Below, piece after piece: positions 9,325 through 19,470 of a DNA stretch of 64,000 nt. Location: positions 12,322-76,321 of the forward strand of contig JAZNSH010000065.1 of NCBI GenBank assembly GCA_045591115.1, in the 5' to 3' direction. This stretch comes from Clostridia bacterium. Its GTDB lineage: Bacteria > Bacillota > Clostridia > Christensenellales > QALW01. A model generated the notes under the pieces. The model was not told the DNA's origin, did not search any database, and saw nothing but the letters and a program-made list of their open reading frames with translations. Each line of letters starts with the position of its first letter. The first letter of the stretch is position 1. Both the position numbers and the translations under genes were made by a program.

Positions 9325-10404
9325 ATGCACGATATTCCAATTTTAATGTTACATACGGTAAACGATCAACCTAAGCTTAATCCTTTAGGAGAGCTTTCTG
9401 TTTCTCAGAAAGGTCTTGATGCGTACTTAAAAGTATTTAAAAAGTGGAAATACCAGATGATCTCTATGGACGATCTGGTAAAAAAGAATTATGATGAAGC
9501 TAAACCCTTTGTCGTATTGACCTTTGATGACGGATATAAGGATAATTTGACCGTTGCACTTCCTGTTCTTAAGAAATATAATGCAAAGGCAACTATTTTT
9601 GTAAATCCCGCATATACCAGTGCGTCAAGTGATACTGAAAGCGATTGGGGATTTATGACCGAAGAAGAAATAATTGCGGCAGATAAAACGGGAGTGTTTG
9701 ATATTCAGGCACATACTATGACCCACGAATTTATTTTTACTTCGGACAAGGTCATTGATTATTACACACCGGAAAAATTCAATAAATATTATTGGCTTGC
9801 GTGGATGATTTTTCCTGATTCGCCTCGCGCCTGGAATTCTACTGCAATGTCATATAAAGAAAAAATTCCCGTAGGATATCCGATTTTTGAATATAATCGC
9901 AGGCTTTCTGCAAAAAAATTCACTCCCAGCAAAGAGTACGTTGATTTTCTTATTGAAAAATACAATAGTGGAAACGATAGTGTGTTTAGTGGCACTCACG
10001 GTGAGTATGAAAATGATGCACAGTTTACCGAGTATGCTTTATGGGAAGTTGATGAATGTAAAAAATACATCGAAAAGTTGTTGGGGAAAGATGTTCATAC
10101 CTTGTGTTTTCCCGGCGGAGGGTATACCGATGAAGTTCTGGAAATTGCCGAAAAAAGTGGATATAAGTGCTATATGAATGCCAGCAGATTAAGAGTTGGC
10201 AACAATAACGATCACGTTAAAAAGATGTATGACGGTGACTTTGTGGGTCTTAACAGAACATCATTCTCTTTAATTCACTTAGGTGTATTCCCGGATAGTT
10301 TTTACGATTATTGGGTTGCAAAAATGAGTATTGCAAATTATCAGAATAAGCAACCGTATACTTTTATGAAAAAGTTTTTTGCTTCTCTGTTAAGAAAAAA
10401 ATAA
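9325..10404 (+). CDS. Polysaccharide deacetylase (NodB/CE4) family protein, no signal peptide
   Basis: VLTFDDGYKDN motif 1 and HTMTHEF His motif. It starts 2 nt after the upstream stop. Confidence 0.75.
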   Translation: MHDIPILMLHTVNDQPKLNPLGELSVSQKGLDAYLKVFKKWKYQMISMDDLVKKNYDEAKPFVVLTFDDGYKDNLTVALPVLKKYNAKATIFVNPAYTSASSDTESDWGFMTEEEIIAADKTGVFDIQAHTMTHEFIFTSDKVIDYYTPEKFNKYYWLAWMIFPDSPRAWNSTAMSYKEKIPVGYPIFEYNRRLSAKKFTPSKEYVDFLIEKYNSGNDSVFSGTHGEYENDAQFTEYALWEVDECKKYIEKLLGKDVHTLCFPGGGYTDEVLEIAEKSGYKCYMNASRLRVGNNNDHVKKMYDGDFVGLNRTSFSLIHLGVFPDSFYDYWVAKMSIANYQNKQPYTFMKKFFASLLRKK

Positions 10405-10427
10405 GATTTGATCAGAGGTATATTGAT

Positions 10428-11522
10428 TTGGATCAGAAATTAAAGATAGCTTTTTGTATTCCGTCACTTGGTTCAGGCGGAGCGGAAAGGGTAATGAGCA
10501 TATTAGCAAATAAATTTGTAGAAAACGGATATGAAGTCAGTATAATTATGCTTTCACATAATCTTTGCGTATATTCTCTTTCTGAAAAAGTACATATAGA
10601 GTGTCTTAATTGCGATGATGACGGAAGTTTGCCTTACATAAAAAGATATCCGCTTCGGTTAAAGAAAATAAGAAATGCGGTGAAAAAGTTATCACCTGAC
10701 GTTGTTGTAAGCTTTATGTCAGAAACTAATATTGACGTTTGTTTTGCACTTCGAGGAATGAAGATACCCGTTATTGTAAGCGAGAGAAATGATCCTAAAA
10801 TAGATCCAGCATCAAAACTCAAGCAGATAATGAGAAAAATAGCCTATAGAAAGCCTAAAGGCTTTGTGTTCCAAACACCTGATGCTCAGGCATATTTCTC
10901 AAAAAAGATACAAAAAAGATCAAAAATTATTCTCAATCCTCTTACAGGCGTATTACCTGAACCGTTTGAAGGTGAACGAGAAAAGAGAATTGTTGCAGTA
11001 GGAAGACTTAATAAACAGAAAAACTTTCCTATGCTTATAGATGCTTTTTTAGAATTTATAAAAAATCATCCGGAATATGTTCTTGAAATATATGGCGAAG
11101 GCGTTCTTGAAGAACAGCTAAAAAAATATATAGAAGAAAAGCAACTTTCAGAAAAGGTTATTTTAAAGGGTTTCTGTAAAGATGTTCACGAAAAAACACT
11201 TTCGGCAGAAATGTTTGTAATGTCGTCTGATTTTGAGGGCATGCCCAACGCGTTGCTTGAAGCTTTGGCTATAGGGTTACCATGTATTTCTACCGATTGT
11301 CCCTGCGGCGGACCGAGAATGCTTATTAAGCCTTATGAGAACGGTATTCTTGTGCCAATAAAGGATTCTGCAAAAATGCTTGAGGCAATGGAATATATGG
11401 CAAAAAATCCTGATAAGGCAAAAGAAATGGCTAAAAACGCCATTAAAGTCAGAGAACGTGCTGACGTAGATACGATAACAAAAGAATGGTTAGAAATTGT
11501 GAATTTGTGCAAGGAGAAATAA
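10428..11522 (+). CDS. Glycosyltransferase family 4
   Basis: SGGAERV N-terminus and EGMPNALLEALAIGLPCIST. TTG start 9 nt after AGAGG. Confidence 0.85.
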   Translation: MDQKLKIAFCIPSLGSGGAERVMSILANKFVENGYEVSIIMLSHNLCVYSLSEKVHIECLNCDDDGSLPYIKRYPLRLKKIRNAVKKLSPDVVVSFMSETNIDVCFALRGMKIPVIVSERNDPKIDPASKLKQIMRKIAYRKPKGFVFQTPDAQAYFSKKIQKRSKIILNPLTGVLPEPFEGEREKRIVAVGRLNKQKNFPMLIDAFLEFIKNHPEYVLEIYGEGVLEEQLKKYIEEKQLSEKVILKGFCKDVHEKTLSAEMFVMSSDFEGMPNALLEALAIGLPCISTDCPCGGPRMLIKPYENGILVPIKDSAKMLEAMEYMAKNPDKAKEMAKNAIKVRERADVDTITKEWLEIVNLCKEK

Positions 11523-11526
11523 GTTA

Positions 11527-12789
11527 ATGCCTGCTTTCAATCTGGAAAAACTTAAAAAAGGCAAAAGCATAACGTATATATTGGCGTGTGCCGTTGTTTT
11601 CATATATATTACCAGTGCCATTGCATTTGAATTAACACCTGAAACGGCAATAATTTCAACACTTGCCATATATTTGGTATTTGCGGTGGGGCTATTCTTT
11701 TTGCTTCAGAAAAACAAAATAATAGTAAATGAATATTCGCTTCCTTTACTGTTCTTTTGTATGTATGTTTATTTGATGTGTACTGTGCAAAGCGCATCGT
11801 CATCAATGGGAATGCAGATTGCCTATTGGACTTTAACTTGTGTTGTAGCTTGTTTGCTTATATTTTTGATGTCTATAAAGTACCCACAAATTATTACATA
11901 TGCTATGGTTGCATACATCATTGGCGCACTTATACTTGCTGTCAGGTTAATTTCCGAGTACGGTGGAATAGATGCGATGATTGAAACAGCTTCCGACAAA
12001 GGTGAAAACCGTATTGGCGGGCTAATGGGCAACGAAAATGCAATCGGTTTATTCTTTGCAAACGGAATCCTGTGTAGTTTGATATTTTTTATTAAAAAGA
12101 ATAAAAAGCCATTGCGAGTATTGCTTGTATTGGTTATGATTGCACTTGGAATAATGCTTCTATTAACCGGCTCAAGAAAATCTACTGTATTAGCTTTAGT
12201 AGGTATATTGTTGATTACGTTCTTTAATTATCGCAAGGCAAGTGCAGGGAAGAAAATCGCAGTATTTTTAATTGTTATCGCATTATTGGTTGTTATATAT
12301 CATCTTGTAACAACGCTTCCTATGTTTTCAACGATAAGTGAACGCTTTGAAAAATTGTTTGGCGGATTCTTTGGCGAAGATACTTCATATGAAACTGATA
12401 TGACACGAGAAAAATATATTACTGAAGGTCTTCAAGCCTTTTACGAGAACCCCATTTTCGGTAATGGAACAGGTCATTCGTATGTAATGTTCGGCACCTA
12501 TTCGCACAATAACTTTGTTGAGTTATTAATGAACTACGGTATAGTTGGATTCTGTTTATACTATATCCCATATGCTGTTTTGATAGTAAAGCTCTTTAAA
12601 TTGGTGAGGAAAAAAGACGTTGTTGCAATGTATTTTCTTGCGTACACGATTATGCAGATAGTTCTTGCAGTCGGCTGGGTAACTTACTACGAACGACCAA
12701 CACAGATTGTAACTGCTTTGGCCTTTGGCTATTTAGTTATAAAGAAACGAGAGGAAAGTGAAACAAATGAAATTAAAAAGCTTGGTTAG
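11527..12789 (+). CDS. O-antigen ligase/polymerase family membrane protein (Wzy-like)
   Basis: About 10-12 hydrophobic helices with a central loop (SHNNFVELLMNYG). It sits among the GTs and next to a flippase. Confidence 0.7.
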   Translation: MPAFNLEKLKKGKSITYILACAVVFIYITSAIAFELTPETAIISTLAIYLVFAVGLFFLLQKNKIIVNEYSLPLLFFCMYVYLMCTVQSASSSMGMQIAYWTLTCVVACLLIFLMSIKYPQIITYAMVAYIIGALILAVRLISEYGGIDAMIETASDKGENRIGGLMGNENAIGLFFANGILCSLIFFIKKNKKPLRVLLVLVMIALGIMLLLTGSRKSTVLALVGILLITFFNYRKASAGKKIAVFLIVIALLVVIYHLVTTLPMFSTISERFEKLFGGFFGEDTSYETDMTREKYITEGLQAFYENPIFGNGTGHSYVMFGTYSHNNFVELLMNYGIVGFCLYYIPYAVLIVKLFKLVRKKDVVAMYFLAYTIMQIVLAVGWVTYYERPTQIVTALAFGYLVIKKREESETNEIKKLG

Positions 12790-13669
12790 TCTTAGAAAAT
12801 GGATAATGCTTTATTTAAGTAAAGCTAACAAGAAAAAGTTTTCTGATGAAAAATTTATTAAGCTTGAGTATTATGCTTGTATAGGCAAAAAACTTAATCT
12901 CGATAATCCTCAAACCTATAATGAAAAATTACAATGGCTTAAATTATATGACCGTAAACCTGAATATACTACGATGGTTGATAAATATGCTGCAAAAAAA
13001 TATGTTGCGGATAGAATTGGAGAGGAATATATTATTCCTACTCTTGGCGTTTGGGAATCCTTTGATGATATTGACTTTGATTCATTGCCTAATCAGTTCG
13101 TTTTAAAATGCACTCACGATTCAGGTGGACTTGCTATCTGTAAGGACAAATCAACCTTTGATATCCAAAAGGCAAAAGAGAAAATCGAAAGATCTTTAAA
13201 AAGAGATTATTTTTACGTTCACCGCGAGTGGCCGTATAAAAATGTTAAAAAGCAAATTATTGCTGAGGAGTATATGGAGGATTCCTCACATCCTGAACTT
13301 TGTGATTATAAATTCTATTGTTTTAATGGCGAACCAAAGTTTTTATATGTTTCGAGAGGGTTGTCTAATCATGCCACAGCAAATATAAATTATGTTTCTT
13401 TAGATTGGGAAAAAGAACCTTTTAAGAGAAATGATTTTGCTGAGTTTGAAGAGTTACCACCAAAACCGGCAACTTTTGATCAAATGATTGAATTTAGTAA
13501 GGTATTGTCGAAAGATATTCCGTTTTTACGTGTTGATTTTTATGATATCAACGGTAAACTTTACTTTGGTGAACTGACCTTTTCTCCAGGTGCAGGATAT
13601 ACTGCATTTGAGCCTAAAGAGTGGGATTATAAAATAGGTGAATGGATAAGCCTACCTGAGAAAAAATAA
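12767..13669 (+). CDS. TupA-like ATP-grasp (amidoligase-type) protein, copy 2
   Basis: YNEKLQWLKLYDRKPEYT, KCTHDSG, REWPYKNVKKQI, YKFYCFNGEP and RVDFYDINGKLYFGELTFSP. By eye roughly half its residues match copy 1. It overlaps the end of the Wzy-like gene. Confidence 0.75.
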   Translation: MKLKSLVSLRKWIMLYLSKANKKKFSDEKFIKLEYYACIGKKLNLDNPQTYNEKLQWLKLYDRKPEYTTMVDKYAAKKYVADRIGEEYIIPTLGVWESFDDIDFDSLPNQFVLKCTHDSGGLAICKDKSTFDIQKAKEKIERSLKRDYFYVHREWPYKNVKKQIIAEEYMEDSSHPELCDYKFYCFNGEPKFLYVSRGLSNHATANINYVSLDWEKEPFKRNDFAEFEELPPKPATFDQMIEFSKVLSKDIPFLRVDFYDINGKLYFGELTFSPGAGYTAFEPKEWDYKIGEWISLPEKK

Positions 13670-13688
13670 AAGATAAAAGGTGATAAAT

Positions 13689-14573
13689 TTGAAACTGGTT
13701 AGTGCAGTTATAACAACACATAACAGGGAACCTGAAATAGTAGAGCGTGCGTTAAAAAGTATTGTAGAACAAACGTATGCTAATATGGAAATCTTTGTGG
13801 TTGATGATAGTAGTGATGATTTTGAACTTCGTGATGAAGTAAAAAATACTGTAGAAAAGTATTTGAATAAAAACGTAACGTATATTCGCCACGAAAAGTG
13901 TATGGGCGCCTGTGCGGCAAGAAACACCGGTTTGCAGGCATCTAAAGGTGAATATATCGCATTCCTTGATGATGATGATCAGTGGAAACCTGAGAAAATT
14001 GAAAAGCAGTTAACAGCGTTCACGAACGATAATATAGCTCTTGTTTACTGCGGAGCAGAAACTGTGAATTTAGTAAATGATACAACTAATGTTCAAAAAA
14101 TGAAGTTTTTAAGCGGAAATATTTTTGCCGAATTGATGGAGGGGAATTTTATTGGTTCAACGTCATTTCCTCTCATTAGGACAGACGCACTAAGAGATGT
14201 GGGCGGTTTTGACGTCCTTATGGAATCAGCCCAGGATTATGATGTTTGGTTGAGAATTTCTGATAAATACGAAGTGAATTATGTTGAAGATATTCTTGTA
14301 ATGTATTACGTGCATAGTGGAGTAAGAATTTCTAAAAACTTATCAAAAAGAGTCAATGGTCAGCAACGTATAATAGATAAAAATAAAGAATACTTAAAGA
14401 ATCATAAAGATGTTTATTCAGTAAGAGTTTTAAAGCTTGCTCTTGAGTATGCAAATGGAAGAAAATATTTTAAGGCGATGAAACGTTTTTTTAAAGCGGT
14501 TGGATTAAACTTTTTTGGCTTTAAAACAAACTTTAAATATTTTGTAGATATACACAAAGCAATCTTAAGATAA
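13689..14573 (+). CDS. Glycosyltransferase family 2
   Basis: VSAVITTHNREPEIVERALKSIVEQTY, VVDDSSDD and FLDDDD. TTG start 6 nt after AAGGTGA. Confidence 0.85.
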   Translation: MKLVSAVITTHNREPEIVERALKSIVEQTYANMEIFVVDDSSDDFELRDEVKNTVEKYLNKNVTYIRHEKCMGACAARNTGLQASKGEYIAFLDDDDQWKPEKIEKQLTAFTNDNIALVYCGAETVNLVNDTTNVQKMKFLSGNIFAELMEGNFIGSTSFPLIRTDALRDVGGFDVLMESAQDYDVWLRISDKYEVNYVEDILVMYYVHSGVRISKNLSKRVNGQQRIIDKNKEYLKNHKDVYSVRVLKLALEYANGRKYFKAMKRFFKAVGLNFFGFKTNFKYFVDIHKAILR

Positions 14574-14585
14574 TTGGAGATTTAT

Positions 14586-15770
14586 ATGGAAAAATATATA
14601 CTTGTTGTGGGCGGAGAACTTTTTAATAAAGGCGCGCAGGCAATGTCATTTATTACTGTGGATTATTTTGCAAAGAAATATCCTGAATATAAAGTTGTGC
14701 TTTTCTCAGGAGCTGATTCAAAGAGAACGGACGATGTTAAGAATAATTATAAATTTATGATTATGCCTTTTCCCGGATATGGCGAATGTTTATCTTTGAT
14801 GACCGGATTATTGAAAAAAAGATATAATAATAGGGAAAACGGAAAGTATTTCAAACAGTATAAAGAAATATTTAAAAATGCAGTTGCAATGATTGACATT
14901 AGCGGATATGCAATGGGATCAAAATGGAGAAATGCTGTTGTAAAAAGCTATTTGCGCAGAATTAAATTAGCAAGGCATTTTAATATTCCGGTATATCTTA
15001 TGCCTCAGTCATTCGGACCCTTTGATTACGATTGGAAAATGAATCGTATAATAAAAAAAGGTCTGAAAAAGGCTGAAATTATAATGGCAAGAGAAAATGA
15101 AGGTAAGACGTTACTTGAAAAGAATTACAAATTAAAGAATGTAGTAAAAAAATATGATCTTGTTTTGGAGAATAAAGGTATAGATTTGAATAATATCTAT
15201 TATGCTATTCCTGAATCCGAACAGATTGAAATTAAAGAAGGAAGCGTTGCAATAATTCCAAACGGAAAGAACAGTAAGTTTGGAAATGAGGATGCAATTT
15301 TTGATATTTATCACGAAATAATCAACCTTTTACTTGCTAAAAATAAAAACATATATTTTATATATCATGCGGTTGAGGATTTAAAACTTTGTACTAAATT
15401 AAAAGATAAGTTTTTTAAAGAAAATGACTCAGTTAAGGTTATTGAAAAAGAATTAAGTAGTTATGAATTTGGAGATATTGTTTCAAAGTTCGATTTTGTA
15501 ATCGCATCAAGATATCATTCTGTGGTTCATTCATATAAAGAAAGTGTTCCGGCTGTGGTTATGGGATGGGCTATAAAGTATAAAGAGCTTACTGAGGTAT
15601 TTGGACAAGAAAGATTTTGTTTTGATGTGAGCGGATTAGAAAATAAAAAAGCTATGGTTGATGCAGTTGAGTATATGGCAGAAAATCATAGTAAAGAATC
15701 CTCAGTAATTGATGCGAAATTAGAAGATATACAAAAATCCTGTGTTTTTGATTGTGTTAAGCTAAAGTAG
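14586..15770 (+). CDS. Polysaccharide pyruvyl transferase family protein (WcaK/CsaB-like)
   Basis: A soluble protein of about 394 aa with a GGELFNKGAQAM N-terminus and IASRYHSVVHS near the C-terminus. The call rests on pattern recognition only. Confidence 0.6.
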   Translation: MEKYILVVGGELFNKGAQAMSFITVDYFAKKYPEYKVVLFSGADSKRTDDVKNNYKFMIMPFPGYGECLSLMTGLLKKRYNNRENGKYFKQYKEIFKNAVAMIDISGYAMGSKWRNAVVKSYLRRIKLARHFNIPVYLMPQSFGPFDYDWKMNRIIKKGLKKAEIIMARENEGKTLLEKNYKLKNVVKKYDLVLENKGIDLNNIYYAIPESEQIEIKEGSVAIIPNGKNSKFGNEDAIFDIYHEIINLLLAKNKNIYFIYHAVEDLKLCTKLKDKFFKENDSVKVIEKELSSYEFGDIVSKFDFVIASRYHSVVHSYKESVPAVVMGWAIKYKELTEVFGQERFCFDVSGLENKKAMVDAVEYMAENHSKESSVIDAKLEDIQKSCVFDCVKLK

Positions 15771-15781
15771 GAGAATTTAAA

Positions 15782-17305
15782 ATGGCGGAAAGTCGCACAA
15801 AAAATGCGGTTAGAAATATTACATATAGTTTTTTGAATAAAATTGTGGTGCTTATTTTACCGTTTTTTACAAGAACTTTAATTATATATTTGCTTGGTAA
15901 TTCATATTTAGGAATAGGAACATTATTTTCTTCAATCCTGAATTTTTTGAGTCTTACCGAGTTGGGATTGGGTTCGGCAATCGTTTTCTTTATGTACAAG
16001 CCTATTGCAGAAAATGATTATGATTTAATAGGCGCACTCTTAAAGTATTACAGAAAGCTCTACAGAATAATCGGAATCACGATGCTTAGTATCGGTACTG
16101 TATTGGTTCCATTTGTTCCGCTTTTGATAAAAGGAAACCCGCCTGAAGGTGTAAACGTATATATACTTTATTACATATATCTGATAAATTCTGTAATAAG
16201 TTATTTTTTTGCAGGTTATAGACAGAGCTTGTTAACGAGTCATCAGAGATTGGATATAACAAGCAAAATCACTATGATTGTAAACGTCGCAGTCCAGACA
16301 CTGCAAATCGTTGCTCTTTTTGTAACTAAAAACTTCTATGTTTACGCATTTGTTCCGATAATAGGCACATTATCGACAAACTTTACAAATTATATAGTAA
16401 CAAAGAGAAAATATCCCAATATTTTATGTAAAGGCGAAATAACAAAAGAAACTAAAAATGGAATAAAAAAACGACTCAGTGGATTATTTGGTACGAAACT
16501 TAATAGTATCGTGGTTCATTCGGCTGATACTGTTATAATTTCTGCTTTCTTAGGCCTTGAACTTACGGCACAATATGGTAATTATTATTACATAATGAGT
16601 GCTATCTGCGGATTTGTTATGGTATTATTTTCGTCTATGACAGCAGGTATAGGGAATAAAATAGTAACCGATGGTGTTGAGGAAAGTTATAAACTTTTCA
16701 GAAATTTGAGTTATTTTAATGCGTGGATAGTCGTTGTGTGTAGCACCTGCTTCTTATGTTTGTATGAGCCTTTTATGGTATTGTGGGTAGGGCAAGAAAA
16801 TGCATTAGGATTTTGGTTTGCTCTTGCTATGACTGTTTATTTCTTCGTATACGATATACAACGCAGTATTTTGGCATTTAAGGATGCTGCAGGTTTGTGG
16901 CACAAGGATAAATTGAGACCATACGTTTCTATGGTGTTAAATCTGGTGTTAAATATAATACTTGTTAATTATATAGGAATCTACGGAATCGTAATTTCTT
17001 CTATAATTGCGTTTCTTATATCTGTTCCTTGGTCTAATTATGTTTTGTTTAAAAATGTTTTTCAAATAAAACCAAGTGTAAACTTATTGTATCTTTTTAA
17101 ATACTTGATATTGGCAAGTATTTCTTGCACGGTGTCTTATTTGCTATGCAATCTTGTGTTCGATGGCTTTGCGGGATTGCTTATTAGATTGTGCATATGC
17201 TTGATTGTTTCAAATATAGTATTTTTAGGCACAAGCATTAAAACACAGGAATTTGGGTACTTGAAACAATCATTAAAAAGAATATTACATAGAAAAGCAA
17301 AATAA
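15782..17305 (+). CDS. Oligosaccharide flippase (Wzx, MOP superfamily)
   Basis: A polytopic membrane protein of 507 aa. The N-terminus KNAVRNITYSFLNKIVVLILPFFTRTLIIYLLG is typical of polysaccharide biosynthesis flippases. Confidence 0.8.
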   Translation: MAESRTKNAVRNITYSFLNKIVVLILPFFTRTLIIYLLGNSYLGIGTLFSSILNFLSLTELGLGSAIVFFMYKPIAENDYDLIGALLKYYRKLYRIIGITMLSIGTVLVPFVPLLIKGNPPEGVNVYILYYIYLINSVISYFFAGYRQSLLTSHQRLDITSKITMIVNVAVQTLQIVALFVTKNFYVYAFVPIIGTLSTNFTNYIVTKRKYPNILCKGEITKETKNGIKKRLSGLFGTKLNSIVVHSADTVIISAFLGLELTAQYGNYYYIMSAICGFVMVLFSSMTAGIGNKIVTDGVEESYKLFRNLSYFNAWIVVVCSTCFLCLYEPFMVLWVGQENALGFWFALAMTVYFFVYDIQRSILAFKDAAGLWHKDKLRPYVSMVLNLVLNIILVNYIGIYGIVISSIIAFLISVPWSNYVLFKNVFQIKPSVNLLYLFKYLILASISCTVSYLLCNLVFDGFAGLLIRLCICLIVSNIVFLGTSIKTQEFGYLKQSLKRILHRKAK

Positions 17306-17317
17306 TGGGAGATTGTT

Positions 17318-18277
17318 ATGTTTAATAAACTGCGCAACCGTGTTTACGCTAAGAAAATTAAGAAAGAAATAAATAAAAAATATATAAAAAACTTTTTTGA
17401 AAATGCATTTGAAAATGAGAAACTGGATTCTTTTTGGCAATATGAAGCAGCGATAATCAAAATGTATCATGCTATTGAAAAAGGAATGTCTTATGAAAAC
17501 TATCGTCCGGGTTTTGGTGAAGATGCCATTAAACAACTTATCACCACAATGGAAAAATACGCAGAAAAATTCAGCATAGAAGAATTCTGCTATAAGACGG
17601 CATTGTGTGTATTAAAAAAATATATAGCCAAGAATAAAGAATATAACTATACAAATGCTGAAATAGAAAATAGAGTAAATGCATTAAAGGGCGAGGCAAA
17701 TGGTGCAGGAGGAATCATAGAATTTGTACCATTTACTCAAGAACAATTGACAGCGCAGAGCTTTGAAGAATTTATAAAAAACAGGCATAGTATTCGCCAT
17801 TTTTCAGAAATTCCGGTTGACAATAGTAAGATAGCAAAAGCAGTTGAATTGGCACAGTTTACACCAAGTGCTTGTAATAGGCAAGGTTGGCGCACACATA
17901 TAGTATGTAATAAAAAGAAAATTGAAGCAATTTTAAAAAATCAAAATGGAAATAGAGGATTTGGACAAGAAATTGACAAATTATTGGTGATTTCATTTAA
18001 AATTGATTGCTTTAGCAAGGGCAGAGAACACTATCAAGGTTTTATTGATGGTGGAATGTATGCTATGAACTTAATATATTCATTGCATTTTTTTAATATT
18101 GGTTCTGTACCATTAAGCGCATCGTTAACACCGACACAGGAAGAAAATGTAAAAAAAATATTGAATATAAATGACAATGAAAAAATAATACTTTTTGTTG
18201 GCATTGGAAACTATCCTGAAAAATGTCAAACCACAAAATCTGAAAGAAAAGAAGCAGAAATTATTTTTGTAGATTAG
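17318..18277 (+). CDS. Nitroreductase-family flavoprotein with an N-terminal extension of about 150 aa
   Basis: NRHSIRHFSEIPVD and AQFTPSACNRQGWR are nitroreductase-fold motifs. Confidence 0.75.
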   Translation: MFNKLRNRVYAKKIKKEINKKYIKNFFENAFENEKLDSFWQYEAAIIKMYHAIEKGMSYENYRPGFGEDAIKQLITTMEKYAEKFSIEEFCYKTALCVLKKYIAKNKEYNYTNAEIENRVNALKGEANGAGGIIEFVPFTQEQLTAQSFEEFIKNRHSIRHFSEIPVDNSKIAKAVELAQFTPSACNRQGWRTHIVCNKKKIEAILKNQNGNRGFGQEIDKLLVISFKIDCFSKGREHYQGFIDGGMYAMNLIYSLHFFNIGSVPLSASLTPTQEENVKKILNINDNEKIILFVGIGNYPEKCQTTKSERKEAEIIFVD

Positions 18278-18286
18278 AGGAGTATT

Positions 18287-19459
18287 ATGAAAACGATCGA
18301 TCTTTTCGAACAAACATATAAAAAATCACCTGCGGGTGTGGCGTTTTGTCCGTATAGAATTTGTCCGTTAGGGGCACATTCTGATCATCAGCACGGTAAA
18401 ATTACGGGGCTTGCTATAGATAAGGGTATACATATTGCTTACGGTCCCAAGATGAACGGTGTTGTTGAGTTAGTGTCTTTGCAATTTGAAAAAAGGGCAC
18501 AGTTTCACGTTAATTCCGTTCCCAAGGAAAAGGAAAACGATTGGGCAGATTATCTTCGCGGAGCAACGATGATGCTTAACAAAAAGCATCCTTTGTCAGT
18601 TGGCATTTGCGGTGTAATTGAGGGTGAGTTGCCTATTGGCGGACTTTCTTCCTCGGCTGCAGTTATCATTGCATTTTTGTCGGCTCTTTGTAAGGTGAAC
18701 AATATTCACTTATCCGAGCATGAAATGATTATGACGGCTTTAAAGGCTGAAAACGAATATGTTGGCGTTTCTTGCGGAAAGCTTGATCAATCCTGCGAGG
18801 TTTATTCCAAAAAAGATCATCTTTTGTATCTTGATACATTAGATGATTCCTATGAACTTATTCCCACAAACCCCAAAATGAAGCCTTATGATATAATCAT
18901 TTTCTTCTCAGGCATTGAGCGCACACTTGCAGGCTCAAAGTTCAATATGCGCGTTGACGAGTGCAAAAGTGCCGCTTATGCTTTAATGGCTTTTGAGGGA
19001 ATGGAGTACGGCAAATTCAACGAGGCATTTTTGCGTGACGTTCCCGTTGAGGTTTTCAGAAAACACAAGGACAAGCTTCCTGAAAATTGGGCAAAGAGGG
19101 CAGAACATTGGTATAGTGAATATGAACGTGTGCTCAAAGGTGCAGAAGCCTGGAGAAATGGTGATATTGAAGCCTTTGGTAAACTTTCCTTTGAAAGCGG
19201 AAAGTCATCAATATATAATTATGAAACTGGCTCACCTGAATTAAAATCGCTTTACGATATTATGACCGAAACTGACGGCATCTACGGCGGCAGATTCTCA
19301 GGCGCAGGCTTTAAGGGCTGTTGTATGGCGCTTTGCGATCCGTCTTATAGAGAAAGTATAATCGAGAATGTTTCAAAAAAATATTTAAAAGAATTTCCTC
19401 ATCTTGAGGGCAAATATTCCGTTCACGTTTGCCATAGTGCTGACGGCGTTGAGCTTTAA
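18287..19459 (+). CDS. Galactokinase-family GHMP sugar-1-kinase
   Basis: GGLSSSAAVIIAF is GHMP motif II. PLGAHSDHQHG replaces the GRVNLIGEHTDY signature. C-terminal GGRFSGAGFKGC. Confidence 0.8.
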   Translation: MKTIDLFEQTYKKSPAGVAFCPYRICPLGAHSDHQHGKITGLAIDKGIHIAYGPKMNGVVELVSLQFEKRAQFHVNSVPKEKENDWADYLRGATMMLNKKHPLSVGICGVIEGELPIGGLSSSAAVIIAFLSALCKVNNIHLSEHEMIMTALKAENEYVGVSCGKLDQSCEVYSKKDHLLYLDTLDDSYELIPTNPKMKPYDIIIFFSGIERTLAGSKFNMRVDECKSAAYALMAFEGMEYGKFNEAFLRDVPVEVFRKHKDKLPENWAKRAEHWYSEYERVLKGAEAWRNGDIEAFGKLSFESGKSSIYNYETGSPELKSLYDIMTETDGIYGGRFSGAGFKGCCMALCDPSYRESIIENVSKKYLKEFPHLEGKYSVHVCHSADGVEL

Positions 19460-19470
19460 GGAGTTAAATT

